The translations under genes and the position numbers were made by a program. Below the pieces are notes generated by a model. It had not been told where the DNA came from. It saw only the letters and a list, made by a program, of their open reading frames with translations, and searched no databases. Positions 47,601 through 58,488 of a stretch of DNA of 64,000 bases are shown here, one piece after another; the stretch's first letter is position 1; each line of letters opens with the position of its first letter. The stretch comes from a virus, in the IMG/VR virus record IMGVR_UViG_3300032223_001001, positions 1 through 64,000 of that record; one strand, given 5' to 3'.

Positions 47601-50600
47601 AATTAATGTTGAAGTATCCGTACCTATTGTAGTATTTTTTTCAAGTACAATATCTACATTACCCCCATTTATATTAAGGTTATAGTTTGTTGTTTTTGCC
47701 GAAGTTACCGGATCATAATTTTTAACATAATCAAAATCATCCCAGATGTTATCCAATATATCAACGTTGTCATTAACATATTTTTTGTATCGATACCATA
47801 TTGACCCATATTTTAATATCCAAGCATAAGGTACTTTATGTATTCCTCCGAATTTTTTTAATGATGCGAAGATATAATCCAATTCCGTATCGTTTGTTGG
47901 ATTATATGATATATATTTTTCTTTTAATGTCGATAATGGTAATGAATTCAAAAATAAGTATGCTGCCGAGGTAAATGGATGATTATCATATTCTCTAAAC
48001 TTCTTAACCCCATCTTGAATGGCGTTAATAAAGTATGGTGTGTTTAACATGGATACCGTTTGGTTGCTTGACACGTCCCCAGAATAATTAGTATATCTTA
48101 AATTCCCTTCGGTGATTAATTGGGTTCTATTTGTTATATTACCATAATAATTTTTTAACGATAACCTATTGTTAATATTCGGTTGCGTTGGATTTAAGGT
48201 TAAAAAATTGGTGAATAACTTTTTGGTTTGTTTATCATCCGTCGGTAAAAAATTGGTTATTACTTTATTTGTTGCATTAAAAACCAATGTTTTGGTTGTA
48301 TTAAATGTTTGTGTGTTAACGGTTATTTTATCCCCATTGGAAGTATTAACATTAACCCATTTAATTTCCGTAAAAGGATATAAGTCCACCAATGAAAAAT
48401 CATTGTTGTTTGTGGTTAAATAATTTGTTAAATCCCCCTCGTTTTTTAAGGTTAATAACGGTTTTGCAGATGGTGAATCAATGGTTGTTTCATCAACAAA
48501 TGTAAATTCCGCGTTTGTTGTAATATTTTTAATATGGGATGTATTATATATCCCACGAATGAAATTTTGCCAGCTCTCACCAACACCACCATTGGAAATA
48601 TGACGTAATAATGGGGTGAAATTTGTGGCATTAACACCATATTGTTTTAATTTCTTAATTAAAAATGGATTGTCATTAGATAAACTATTAAGTAGGTTGT
48701 TGCTTTCCATGTCGGCCAACAAATCAACTATCTTATCCGTTTGGTTGATAACATCACCAACCCTCGATAATAAGGGGTAGTTCGCATGTAAAAACAAACG
48801 TTCATATATTTCATAAAAGAATTTAACTTCCTCCTTATTCGAAAATACACTATTACTTATCGGAAATTCAATCGCATCAACCGATATTCTATTTATCCCA
48901 GTTAACTGGTTTTGTCCTTCAGTTGGTGTTTGTGGTGGTTCAGTACGTTGCATAAACCCCTTTAGAAATTCTTCAAGAAATTCAACTTCAGGCCAAGCAC
49001 TATAATCATATGCTTTAGTACTTGTAATATACCTACTATCCCCAGGATATTCAATTTGGTATTTTTCACGACCCTCCTTCCCATCGGTTTGTATAATATA
49101 TTCCGGCCAAGGATAAACTGGTATCGTACCATTCCCATTCGCAATATTATCTTGTCCCGACGTTGCCGATTGTGGTGTCAATATCGCGTTTTTTCTGGAA
49201 ACATCATCCCTAACGTCCCATGCTTTAGTGTGAACATCATCCATTAAACGTAAAAAAGCTTCACCATTGGCAAATATAACTGCCAATATATTACGTATTG
49301 TTGGTACAAACCCAAATCCGTTATTTTTTGTTTGAATCAACGCCATCAACGACTCCGTTAAATCATTGTCAATTTTTGTCGAATAATCGTTAAATAACTT
49401 AAACATTTCGTCAATATACTTGTTAAACGAATTGTCACCCTCGAAAACAAAATAATCAACTTTACTCAATACTTGACCATTACCCAATGTAACATTCGTA
49501 AAGTTCAATAATTTACGATCTTTTAATTCATTTTTGAATAACCCCAATTCTTCATTCGAAGGAATTTTTCCAGTTTTTTTAACTTGTTGGTAGGTTAAAA
49601 CATAATCAATTTCATTTTCACTAATAGATCTTGTAAAAATCTGGGACGTGATTGAATTTGGAATCGATGAAGTTTTTGATTTACCATATTTTCCATCTTT
49701 ACCAAACGTATTATTTTTAAGTAGTTTTTCACTATATTCTGTAACAATACCCTCCAATTCCTTTTTAGCATTAGACTTCTTTTGTTCAGATTCTAAAATT
49801 TCTTTTTTATAAATGTACACTTTAGTTTTGGAATTCTTCAACACCAAATAGGTATCAACATCCAGGTTATTTCGAAACCAAGATGGTGTACCAGTATAAA
49901 TTAATTTACGATAATTGGTTAAATCGTAACTATATGTTTCTTTATCATTTAATGGATTAACATTTTGTTTGGTGTATGTATCCATAATCACCTTAACAAA
50001 ATTATCAATCTTATCTTTTAATTGTATTAACGTTAATTCAGGAAAATCCTCTTCAATTAACCCTTTTGACTTATATTCATTATATAATTCCTTAACTTTT
50101 TCATACCCTAATTCAACATACCCTTCCTCAACATTCGAAAATTGACTAGGACCACCCTTTTTTGTGGTTATCTTAAGTCTCGATTTATACATATGGGGAA
50201 CCGCCATCATATGTCCAATATTGACTTCACTTAACATGGTATATTTATAGGTGAAAAATTTCAATGATATCTTAAAATTCCCATCCCCAGTATCATACCT
50301 GGATGAAAAATTCTGTAATAATAATGGCAATTTAATCGCTTTACCATAATACCCTTTAATCGTTAAATAAAATAACGGATATGGTAAATTAAAGAACGCA
50401 GCGTATGGGGACGAATTCCCTAGTTCAAACATGGACCTTCCTTGAATATCAACAAGTTCCATTGAAATGACCGGCATAAAATCTAACCCTTCGGAAAATT
50501 CAATACTGGTTATACCTAATAAACCATTATCAACTATTTTACCTTTAACCCCTTCTGAACTAACATATTTTTCACCACCATTATTTTTTTCTTGGTTTGT

Positions 50601-50915
50601 CGCACGACCTTGAACGGATTCTTTACCAGTGATTTCATCGGTATACGCATTATCCATTTTTTCTTTACCACCAGGTTTAAGAAAATTAACACTTGCAACC
50701 GATATTACCTCCCCTTGATTTTGACCAGTAGCACCAATAATAAGTTTAGTCCTCGGTATCAATTGACACTCAAGGTTAGCATACATGACCAAATTTTCTT
50801 GTTTTACATATCGTTCCTTAACTTTACCTTGACTATCAACCACTTTATTTGGGTCAATCAAGGTAATATTATCACAATCAAAATCAACATATATATTTTC
50901 ATTGTTATCTGCCAT
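44682..50915 (-). CDS. Very large baseplate hub-like protein with possible C-terminal lysozyme-like domain
   Basis: 2077 aa; SMMGNAMIQP.MYF.L..VPMYNGPYMITKVTHSI hub motif; C-terminal AES...NNFAGI. Confidence 0.6.
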   Translation of the reverse strand: MADNNENIYVDFDCDNITLIDPNKVVDSQGKVKERYVKQENLVMYANLECQLIPRTKLIIGATGQNQGEVISVASVNFLKPGGKEKMDNAYTDEITGKESVQGRATNQEKNNGGEKYVSSEGVKGKIVDNGLLGITSIEFSEGLDFMPVISMELVDIQGRSMFELGNSSPYAAFFNLPYPLFYLTIKGYYGKAIKLPLLLQNFSSRYDTGDGNFKISLKFFTYKYTMLSEVNIGHMMAVPHMYKSRLKITTKKGGPSQFSNVEEGYVELGYEKVKELYNEYKSKGLIEEDFPELTLIQLKDKIDNFVKVIMDTYTKQNVNPLNDKETYSYDLTNYRKLIYTGTPSWFRNNLDVDTYLVLKNSKTKVYIYKKEILESEQKKSNAKKELEGIVTEYSEKLLKNNTFGKDGKYGKSKTSSIPNSITSQIFTRSISENEIDYVLTYQQVKKTGKIPSNEELGLFKNELKDRKLLNFTNVTLGNGQVLSKVDYFVFEGDNSFNKYIDEMFKLFNDYSTKIDNDLTESLMALIQTKNNGFGFVPTIRNILAVIFANGEAFLRLMDDVHTKAWDVRDDVSRKNAILTPQSATSGQDNIANGNGTIPVYPWPEYIIQTDGKEGREKYQIEYPGDSRYITSTKAYDYSAWPEVEFLEEFLKGFMQRTEPPQTPTEGQNQLTGINRISVDAIEFPISNSVFSNKEEVKFFYEIYERLFLHANYPLLSRVGDVINQTDKIVDLLADMESNNLLNSLSNDNPFLIKKLKQYGVNATNFTPLLRHISNGGVGESWQNFIRGIYNTSHIKNITTNAEFTFVDETTIDSPSAKPLLTLKNEGDLTNYLTTNNNDFSLVDLYPFTEIKWVNVNTSNGDKITVNTQTFNTTKTLVFNATNKVITNFLPTDDKQTKKLFTNFLTLNPTQPNINNRLSLKNYYGNITNRTQLITEGNLRYTNYSGDVSSNQTVSMLNTPYFINAIQDGVKKFREYDNHPFTSAAYLFLNSLPLSTLKEKYISYNPTNDTELDYIFASLKKFGGIHKVPYAWILKYGSIWYRYKKYVNDNVDILDNIWDDFDYVKNYDPVTSAKTTNYNLNINGGNVDIVLEKNTTIGTDTSTLINTGFYPKLINDFNVFYQGYELFQNYTSTEINKGFASGLTMNYISEAIINKGKGVDPNNGNRDIRIIPWTISVNSQDDLNTYIFPSEGSFINQTEYECFNSANNLTTEVLNNDSIYNGSVRMFWSAPNYGYFDNTRITRPTPQQYIKTINPKSSNQENFSFNGTNTYSDISEILTVFNKEILDMFENEFLNFSKSIYDYDTGAVFTPKENEKSFVNFQMLMLDIMKIQKTTGATTNELITLIQQRQLQTLNAVLNDFIYKDVYFKYGNPSSFNKKLFYTFSQHEIIDGYQWTPYTAASPNALPYNGGSITLVTSQTNYPLEWSTLKTYVGFSEIDGLKYADNGSYITDFFIDNNVEFNVPNIKTFTPLIKIYATQKLKDNTLNNLKFIQLMEDYLTKNDLFQDKIINSLMIKLQKELPDVNDTPITISTELASGGFIKRDLWSSFKAINDKWIAGADLKTRTLFEDVMFIDRASRDIGNKVIVDIYKLKEAMLITNEVNAKRSMIDLVHGIITSNHFKVMYVPAYVNFYNVQTVMKNAIPKPEASGDFANNMFGTFLNVDTRESSTKMVCMYAGKSSEQLAMDTDLTQRNDDSFELKCGNVLSEDQTNKKDHDKSNKVAGFNIDIGPQNQSMFTSFMVSQDNHTPTAESLQLLTELANNYHNVKGVSQSVSLYNLYKVRSYTCTVSMMGNAMIQPAMYFNLRHVPMYNGPYMITKVTHSIKPGTFETIFEGVRQPTAQISKQDDFLAVIKTNLLQHIIDKNKQDKIEEEKQTKDEQGNLISQKDKTTDKIDGQKTISTNCTPNKAYEKYPINTTPTEYFVTYKQVKTAILENLPTDDGKLKYVLFAAMFAESNDGTRLKAYENNFAGIDLNGYWGASIQTLIYEQFFCLSSNKITLPYAEFKDLSSHVRFLINRWKSRMGGITVDEKSITQFLIQNISSQQQNPNVYSSLDKTSLENMEKKVKNAITVFNSFN

Positions 50916-51228
50916 AATAGAAGAAGTGGGTGTTTAACGCGTTTTTATAGTCCTGTAAAGAAGCTACTAAAGGAAATGGAATTGTCAAGACTGTACCGTC
51001 AGAAATATTCCATTCTTGTCCTCCAGCGATCGGATTCGCCAATAATATTAACCAACCAAAATAAGGTGTTCCATAATATTGCTGGGAAACCTTATCCAAT
51101 CGTGATCTACCAACCTTGTATATATAATTCTTGTCACTTGTTTTTGATGGTAACGTAATATACGGAACAACTGTTTGATCACCATTAATATTAAATTCAC
51201 TATATCTATTGTAATATTGCCTTCCCAT
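50905..51228 (-). CDS. LysM-like baseplate protein (gp53 / tail X-like)
   Basis: RLDKVSQQYYGTPYFGWLILLANP...G.VL.IP. Confidence 0.8.
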   Translation of the reverse strand: MGRQYYNRYSEFNINGDQTVVPYITLPSKTSDKNYIYKVGRSRLDKVSQQYYGTPYFGWLILLANPIAGGQEWNISDGTVLTIPFPLVASLQDYKNALNTHFFYYGR

Positions 51229-51233
51229 AATGT

Positions 51234-54200
51234 TTAATTTAATTTGGTTTTATCATTGAACGTATTTTTTGGTACAGTTATAGGAGTTGTTGAATATAAT
51301 AAACGTAACCCAATTTCAGTTAAAGATCTAATAGTATCATCTGTTGATACAGTTGTAAAATCAAAAATACGTGTTTTACCTTTAGGGTATAATTTTAATT
51401 CGATTCCGTCGGTATAATCTTTATACGTTTTAGATTGTCTATAAGTAGTAAACACTTTTTGTTCAGCGTCATATTCTTTTTGATAATCTTTAACCAAATC
51501 GTTACAGATATCATCGAATACCTTTTTAATTTTTGTTTGATTGTTAATCGTTTTTAATGGTCCTGAAATAATTTCATTCTTAAACCCTTCAAGTTTTGAT
51601 TTATCTAAAAATATTGATGAAAATAACATATAGAAACGGATTGATGCATATTCCTTATTATCAAAACTACCAATCTTATCCGTCAATGGTTTAAAAGCCG
51701 CGTTCGCTTCATCAAAATTCAATGGACTACTAATTAAATTATTATCCGTTAACACCTTATCAAAATCTTTTAAGGTTACCGCCATTTTACTTAAGTCATT
51801 TAATAACTCCTCACTCGTATTTAACGGGATTGGGGGTGTATTACTTAATGGACTAACTTGTGTTGTTCCAGACGTAAAATAGGCTTTAGGCGTTAACCCA
51901 TCAATAATTTTACCATCAAAACCATTACTAATAAAATTTAATTTATTGATGTTTTGTATCAAGTTTTGTTCCTCTAAAACTATTGTTTGAATAATATTCG
52001 TATATTCATTAGAAAAACTTGATTTCATATTTTTAATATACGATACAAGATTTTGACTAATCATTTCAATAACATTATCAACATTAGGTTTGAATCCTTT
52101 TTTAATAAAATAATTCAATATTGGATTTTGTGAATTCCCACCACTAATAACACAATCTGAAATAGTGTTATCAAACAATTTATCCATTAACCCATTCGTT
52201 AATTGATTTGGTTTACCATAAATAACCGATGATACCCCACCAATATTACCATCAACATAATCACGGGTTTTATACGATACCAATTGTAAAATACCATAAT
52301 TATATATCTTATTCATCTTCTCTAATTGATCCGATATCGTTGTAATATAACCTTTAACATTATCCAGTTGTTTGTCCATAATGGTTTGATAACTAATTTG
52401 TCCTTGTTCACCACCTTCAACCGGAATTGTTGTTTTAATTTCACCAATTGTATTACCACCATTATTCACCACTTGTGAAGTATTAACCGGTGTTGTATTG
52501 TTTGATTGTGCTAAAATATTATCCACCATCATCTTATCCAATTTACTAGTATCTTCAGTAGGTGTTGCTCGTTCATCATACATTTCAGTGTTAGCGTAAT
52601 AATTAAACGATAACGCATTTTGTAGTTCATCAATTGGCCCTTGTAACCCCATACCCCCAATAATCTTAAAGTTCATCTGAACATTCACAAACATTGGTTG
52701 AACCCCAATACCTTCAGGATTTAAGTCATAATTCATTGGATCGTAACTAAACGATACCGAATCTGGAACAATTTTAGTATGGAAATAATCACCAATTCTT
52801 AAAACCAAAATCGGTGGTGCACCAAAAGATGTATTAATCGCGTCTTTTTTAATTATATTACCCTTTTCATCCACGGTTGGGATTGTCTCACCAGGTCTTA
52901 AACATTGATTCAAAAAGGTTACCCTAGCATTTAAACCTTCTGGTGTCATGGAATGGAACGCTGGATTGAAATATTTTATCTTTTGTGATATCGAATTATA
53001 AATCATCGGATCCGTACTTTTAATCATTTCAAAATAATCACACTCCGATAACATTTTACGAATAATCTTTTTACTAATACCATCCTTAATCTTTTTCTGA
53101 ACATCAATTGTTGGTTGAGGTTTTGGATTAATGGTGGTCGTTAATTGTTCAATTGGTTCAGGTTCTTGAACTTGTTGAACCACTGGTGCTTTAGCCTCAA
53201 CGTCTAATCTAACTCGTCTACACGCCATAGCATCCACGGAATATACATCCGCAATATTTAATAACGAACGTACCGCGTTATTTGGGCTGGTTTTTCTTGA
53301 ATATTTTTTACCTTGATAATAAATTTCAATATCTTTAGTACAACTAATCGCAATATTGTCACCAGTATTATCATCACTAACAATTGTTGGTAAATCTTCA
53401 CCCTCCGCTTTTTCAATAATGGTTATTTTTTTGTTGTCAATATATTCTTTTAATGTTTTCCCCCCAACTTGATAATTGTTCAAGAATTTTTTAACCGAAT
53501 CAATTCTTCTAGTAGATAAGTTAACATTATAATTGTTTTTAGCAATAGCCGATGCTGAACCAGTTAAGGTAATAATCACCGTGTTATTTTGTTCCATCGC
53601 CTTAAATAATTGTGAAACTAAATTAACTTCACCTTTAATTAATGAATCGTATGATGGAATTATCGTATTTTCAAAAAATGATTTTACATTTTTATTCGAT
53701 TCATCCACAAAACTAACACTACTCGCTTGATTAACATATTTGGTTCGATTTCCATCCGAAATATAACTACTAATTAAATTCTCAAAAGATGTTGTCGATG
53801 TTTTAGATAATGTTTTTGGATCTGGATAATCATTCTCAAAATAAAAATATTTCTTATTAAACATACTGAAATCCACCGGAGTAGCGGGTGTACCTGTCTG
53901 TTTATTAGTCCCATTATCCGATGATGATTGACCCGTATTATCTTTAGGGATATTCTGTAACACACCAACTCGTTCCTGACTAGTCAATCTAGGATTGTTT
54001 AATATTTCTTGTATATCGTATAATTCATTAACCGAAAAATTAGTATATTTCTTCGCCAATTCATATATATCAAACTTCGTACAACCAGCAAAAAATGAAT
54101 TCAAAATCGAATCCTTCTTCTTATCATCAATACCCTTTAATTGTTCATCCACAATTCGGTTCATAACAGATGGTGAATCAACAATAATAGTCCAACTCAA

Positions 54201-56399
54201 TGTACCAGTTCTAGTAGTATTCTTATATGTATATATCGGTTCAGGTCGACCAATAAATGGTGTTCCATTAAAATCCGCACTACTAGAATCCGAAAATTTA
54301 AGATTATATGGTGGAAACCACATAACCCTACCACCATTTGGTCCTTTTTCACAAACAGGCAATTCATCATAAGTATAACCAGGTCTTGAAGAAGTCCTCC
54401 ATGCCAAATTCTCAATGGAGAACATATACTTTTTAGCATAAAAATCACCATTCTTATTTTGAGTAATATTTGTCGATCCAGGGTTTTTTAATGGTGCAAT
54501 ATTCAAGTTATAGGTATTATCTAATACCGAATTCGTAAATCTTCTACCAGAAGTAGTTATACCATCACCCTTCTGAAGATCATTATATGTATAGTATGGT
54601 GTGTCTTTTGTAAAAACACGACAATATTCAATACCAGCTTCAGTACCATTAGTATTATCTTGATATGATACCACCCTTGAACCTTTTGTTAATTCACGAT
54701 AACCATCGTTAAAAACTTTACTAACTTGGTTAATTGCCGTACCTACGTGTTTTAATTTCTTTTCCCCAGCAACATTATCCGCCGACTCAACAATACGTTG
54801 TGTATTGTCCAATATCGAATTTTGTTTGAACTCAATATTGGTAGATTGGTTTTGGTTAATGACACTTTGAATTTGGTTAAAATCACCATCCAAACTTCCT
54901 TTATCCCCACCAGGTTTCGCTTTATACCCCGATCCGTCTTTACCCTTCGTTGAAGTCCAACTAAATTCACCATCAATTCCACCACCTTGACCCATTGGGT
55001 TTGCACCAAAACCAAACTTAATTTTATCGATGTTACCCTCAAACAATTTACCCATTTCGGATGGTCCATACATATCCATCGGAACTTGTTGACCATAAGA
55101 ATTGGTTGGTATTTCATTTGCCGGTGAAGTTAACGTTGAGGGTTCAGTATTTGAATTCCCAACGTAATAACCCCCACTTAACGTGCCATTATTTGGATTA
55201 ATAGCATTTGCCACCGTTTCAATAACAGATTGAATAATCCCCTTATTGTACGCCGGTTGATATCTATTATAATTTATATTGTTAAATAAAGCAGACTTTT
55301 GTCCATTTCCAGTATTACCTAAAAATAATTGTGACGGGTTTCTTGTCTTATTCAAGATTGAACCCAAAAATCCACCCGTTAAATTATTAGCAACATCCAA
55401 TGCTTTAGATGTTTGTGAAGTCTGAACCCCATTATTAGTATTTTCATCAAAATAATCCCCAGGAATAAAAGATACCGGCCAATACGCCCCAGAAATACGT
55501 GTTGCAAAATCACCTAGTGCAGCAATTGGGTTTTCAGGTACTGTTATTCTCCAGTTTCTAGCAATCAATGGTTGTTTACCAGATAATATTAAACTTATAT
55601 CAAAAGGATCTTGTAATGACGCTAATGATAATTTCCCAACTGTATTTTTAGCAATTTCACCATCAATACGATTCTTAAAAGTTTGATGCAATGTTTGAGC
55701 CCCAATCTTAGCCAAATAAGAATCCGTACTAACACCTGTTGGTGTCGGTGAAAAAAATATTTGGTAAGGGGTATACATACCAACGATAAATTGATCGTGG
55801 TATGGTACATGATATAATGGGTTCATTAGTTTAACATCAACACTGTACAAATAAGTGTACCCATCATATGGATTAAAACTATTAATTGTTTGATATTGAG
55901 TTAAATATTGAGAAGCTATATTTGGTAGTTTAGCATCGGTAGCACCATATTCACCTTGATTAGGTGTTAATGTATTTGGTACACCATTATAAGTAATACC
56001 AAATGTATAACCACCAGCTGGACCAAAACCATTTAATGGATATAAAGAATTCAAGTATTTGTGATACACAACATCATCAAAAGAAATTGAGTCTTTAATA
56101 CTATAATTGCTCAATATCGTTGGATAATTAATTGGACCACCAGGAGGTGTGTAAGCACCTGGAACACTATATGGTGGTAGATTTTTACCGTTTAACTTAT
56201 TCCTATATTCTTGTGATGGGATAAAAGATATCTTGTCTTGTGAATCAATGACACTATATTCATTAATAGGTACTTCATACACCGTTGGACCATTAGGTGG
56301 TGTATACGACCCAGGTACAACATATTTAGGCAAATTCTTACCCATTAACTTATTTCTAAAATCACTTGACGATGTAAAGGATAAGGTACTATTTGGCAT
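51234..56399 (-). CDS. Large tail-tube-initiator-like protein with an inserted OmpA-like domain
   Basis: MWFPPY..KFSD....F....FIGRPEPIYTY; FGAPPILVLRIGD; OmpA-like YFEND...GSAS...N.NLS.RR..SV. Confidence 0.6.
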   Translation of the reverse strand: MPNSTLSFTSSSDFRNKLMGKNLPKYVVPGSYTPPNGPTVYEVPINEYSVIDSQDKISFIPSQEYRNKLNGKNLPPYSVPGAYTPPGGPINYPTILSNYSIKDSISFDDVVYHKYLNSLYPLNGFGPAGGYTFGITYNGVPNTLTPNQGEYGATDAKLPNIASQYLTQYQTINSFNPYDGYTYLYSVDVKLMNPLYHVPYHDQFIVGMYTPYQIFFSPTPTGVSTDSYLAKIGAQTLHQTFKNRIDGEIAKNTVGKLSLASLQDPFDISLILSGKQPLIARNWRITVPENPIAALGDFATRISGAYWPVSFIPGDYFDENTNNGVQTSQTSKALDVANNLTGGFLGSILNKTRNPSQLFLGNTGNGQKSALFNNINYNRYQPAYNKGIIQSVIETVANAINPNNGTLSGGYYVGNSNTEPSTLTSPANEIPTNSYGQQVPMDMYGPSEMGKLFEGNIDKIKFGFGANPMGQGGGIDGEFSWTSTKGKDGSGYKAKPGGDKGSLDGDFNQIQSVINQNQSTNIEFKQNSILDNTQRIVESADNVAGEKKLKHVGTAINQVSKVFNDGYRELTKGSRVVSYQDNTNGTEAGIEYCRVFTKDTPYYTYNDLQKGDGITTSGRRFTNSVLDNTYNLNIAPLKNPGSTNITQNKNGDFYAKKYMFSIENLAWRTSSRPGYTYDELPVCEKGPNGGRVMWFPPYNLKFSDSSSADFNGTPFIGRPEPIYTYKNTTRTGTLSWTIIVDSPSVMNRIVDEQLKGIDDKKKDSILNSFFAGCTKFDIYELAKKYTNFSVNELYDIQEILNNPRLTSQERVGVLQNIPKDNTGQSSSDNGTNKQTGTPATPVDFSMFNKKYFYFENDYPDPKTLSKTSTTSFENLISSYISDGNRTKYVNQASSVSFVDESNKNVKSFFENTIIPSYDSLIKGEVNLVSQLFKAMEQNNTVIITLTGSASAIAKNNYNVNLSTRRIDSVKKFLNNYQVGGKTLKEYIDNKKITIIEKAEGEDLPTIVSDDNTGDNIAISCTKDIEIYYQGKKYSRKTSPNNAVRSLLNIADVYSVDAMACRRVRLDVEAKAPVVQQVQEPEPIEQLTTTINPKPQPTIDVQKKIKDGISKKIIRKMLSECDYFEMIKSTDPMIYNSISQKIKYFNPAFHSMTPEGLNARVTFLNQCLRPGETIPTVDEKGNIIKKDAINTSFGAPPILVLRIGDYFHTKIVPDSVSFSYDPMNYDLNPEGIGVQPMFVNVQMNFKIIGGMGLQGPIDELQNALSFNYYANTEMYDERATPTEDTSKLDKMMVDNILAQSNNTTPVNTSQVVNNGGNTIGEIKTTIPVEGGEQGQISYQTIMDKQLDNVKGYITTISDQLEKMNKIYNYGILQLVSYKTRDYVDGNIGGVSSVIYGKPNQLTNGLMDKLFDNTISDCVISGGNSQNPILNYFIKKGFKPNVDNVIEMISQNLVSYIKNMKSSFSNEYTNIIQTIVLEEQNLIQNINKLNFISNGFDGKIIDGLTPKAYFTSGTTQVSPLSNTPPIPLNTSEELLNDLSKMAVTLKDFDKVLTDNNLISSPLNFDEANAAFKPLTDKIGSFDNKEYASIRFYMLFSSIFLDKSKLEGFKNEIISGPLKTINNQTKIKKVFDDICNDLVKDYQKEYDAEQKVFTTYRQSKTYKDYTDGIELKLYPKGKTRIFDFTTVSTDDTIRSLTEIGLRLLYSTTPITVPKNTFNDKTKLN
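56079..56384 (-). repeat. Tandem duplication of about 51 aa at the protein N-terminus
   Basis: SF.SS.DFRNKLMGKNLPKYVVPGSYTPPNGP..Y versus SF.PS.EYRNKLNGKNLPPYSVPGAYTPPGGP..Y. Confidence 0.85.
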
Positions 56400-56437
56400 T
56401 CTATTACTTTATTTAATAAATAGCTAATTTATGTTTT

Positions 56438-58285
56438 TCAAGTGGTTAAATTATAATTTGTTTTAACTTGACCCATTGTTTTACTTAATTCTTGAACCAC
56501 TCCAGTATTACGTAACGATTCTTTAACCGCCGACAGGATATTGTCTCTATCCGTCCCTTGAGGTGCGGAAATATTAATGTTTAAGTTAATATCCGATGTA
56601 TTTCTATTTTCGTTAATTGTTGTATTTTTATTTTCAGTTAAACTAGTCCCACCGGCCATAACAATTGAGTCTTCAGGTAAAGTTTTTATCATAAAATCTT
56701 TAACATCAAGAGTTTTGTCATTATTCTGAACTTTAATATTACCAGTACCTAGATTTTTATCACTATATTCAACAACTTTTTGAATAACATTCCCAGTTGG
56801 TGTACCCTTAAATTGTTTTCTACCTTCCTCCTCAACAGCCAACATTGCTTTATTCATATATTTTGTTAATCCATCAACACCTTTACCAAATTGTTCCAAC
56901 GAACCACTGGTATCCCCTTTATATAATTTTTTAAGACCTTCACCTATTAAACCAAAATCGGTAGTTAATTCCTTCCTAACATCTTTAACAGATAATTCTT
57001 TAACATTAAACACATTAGTTAATCTAGCACTAACCCCCCTTAATTCACCAATGAACTTATCAACACCACCCATACCAGCAACAGCATAACCAGTTCTACT
57101 AGCGGGAGCTTTTGACGCAGCTTCGATTGCTTTTAAGGTTGTTAATTGTTCACGAGCCAATTCTTCCATCGTTTTTGGGGCTTGAGGGTTTGCTAAACGT
57201 TGAATATCGTTTTCACTTAATTGTGTTATTGATTTTTCAACTTTTTCACCCTTTTCGTCCGTCATTGAAATTTTATATTCACCACCCTTCATTTCCGCCA
57301 TACTAGCGATCATCTTCTGTTGTTCCTCGGATAAATTGAATTTGGTTGGGAACGCAATTTTACCCATCTTATCTTGAATTTCCGCAGTAGACTTAGCCAT
57401 TTTAACTAATTGTTCATAATTAACCCCTGTTGCTTTTTCATACTCACGCATAACACGACGACCATAATCACTAATCTTAAATTGACCATCTTCAGCTTGT
57501 TGTACATATCGTTGAACATCATCCGCCAATACCTTCAACATTTCTTCAGGATTATTTTGACTTAAATCCATCAATCTTAATGGGTTTAATAAATCCGCTT
57601 GTTGCGCACCCAATCGTTGTAGAGTTGCGGCCATTGTGATAGCACCTTCAGGTTCAAACGCCTTTTCTAACATACCACTAATTGATGATACATTAACTCG
57701 CATTAAAGCAGCGTTCGCGGCCATTTTAGCTAACCCTTGTACACCGTTTTCAAACCCATATTTATCCAATAACCCAATATTATTAGATACCTGTCTACTA
57801 ACCTCCTCAACGTTGACCCCCATACTTCTGGCGATATCAACCACCTTTTGCAGTTGATCCCCAGCTTGATAAACTGAATAACCAGCATCCTTAAATGTTT
57901 CAACAATTGTCCCAACACTTAAACTAGTTACTTCACCAGCAGCATAAAGTTGTTGATACGAATCTGACATTAAAACCAAATTTCGGTTCAACGTTTCAGA
58001 TATATCTAATTGAATTTGTTTTACATTACCAAAATTCCCACCTAGTGCCTCAACCTCCTTTACAGCATCGGATAAACCTTGTTTGATCGCCAAAACATTA
58101 TCACGACCCGTACCAAATTTTTTAATAACTTCGGTTGCTGCATCGTCAACTTCACCAATTTTACCGATAACATCACTAATATCAATATTGGTATAAATGT
58201 TTTTCGCAAAACTATTAAAAATTTCTTTTAATTGGTTTTTAGCGTCATTAAGACTATTTTGAAATATATTTCCCTCGTCAGCCAT
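56438..58285 (-). CDS. Tape measure protein
   Basis: 615-aa A/G/Q/K-rich helical protein following the chaperone pair. Confidence 0.7.
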   Translation of the reverse strand: MADEGNIFQNSLNDAKNQLKEIFNSFAKNIYTNIDISDVIGKIGEVDDAATEVIKKFGTGRDNVLAIKQGLSDAVKEVEALGGNFGNVKQIQLDISETLNRNLVLMSDSYQQLYAAGEVTSLSVGTIVETFKDAGYSVYQAGDQLQKVVDIARSMGVNVEEVSRQVSNNIGLLDKYGFENGVQGLAKMAANAALMRVNVSSISGMLEKAFEPEGAITMAATLQRLGAQQADLLNPLRLMDLSQNNPEEMLKVLADDVQRYVQQAEDGQFKISDYGRRVMREYEKATGVNYEQLVKMAKSTAEIQDKMGKIAFPTKFNLSEEQQKMIASMAEMKGGEYKISMTDEKGEKVEKSITQLSENDIQRLANPQAPKTMEELAREQLTTLKAIEAASKAPASRTGYAVAGMGGVDKFIGELRGVSARLTNVFNVKELSVKDVRKELTTDFGLIGEGLKKLYKGDTSGSLEQFGKGVDGLTKYMNKAMLAVEEEGRKQFKGTPTGNVIQKVVEYSDKNLGTGNIKVQNNDKTLDVKDFMIKTLPEDSIVMAGGTSLTENKNTTINENRNTSDINLNINISAPQGTDRDNILSAVKESLRNTGVVQELSKTMGQVKTNYNLTT

Positions 58286-58326
58286 ATTTAGTTTTTCTTA
58301 TATAAAATAAATATGCCGAAGGGTTG

Positions 58327-58488
58327 TTATTCCTTCGGCGTATTACTATCAATGATTTTATTAATTAAGTATTTCCGGATATATGTTGGTAATGTTAGAA
58401 ATTCTTTATACGAAGTCCTTAAAAACTTCGCCATTATATAATATTCATCCAACAAATAAGTTCCATAATTAGAAGAAAGGGCGAAAAA
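58327..58488 (-). CDS. Small tail-chaperone-associated ORF (gp51/GT-like); probable frameshift extension, or own ATG at 58434
   Basis: +1 frame open from the T6 run: FFALSSNYGTYLLDEYYIMAKFLRTSYKEFLTLPTYIRKYLINKIIDSNTPKE*. Confidence 0.65.
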   Translation of the reverse strand, partial: FFALSSNYGTYLLDEYYIMAKFLRTSYKEFLTLPTYIRKYLINKIIDSNTPKE

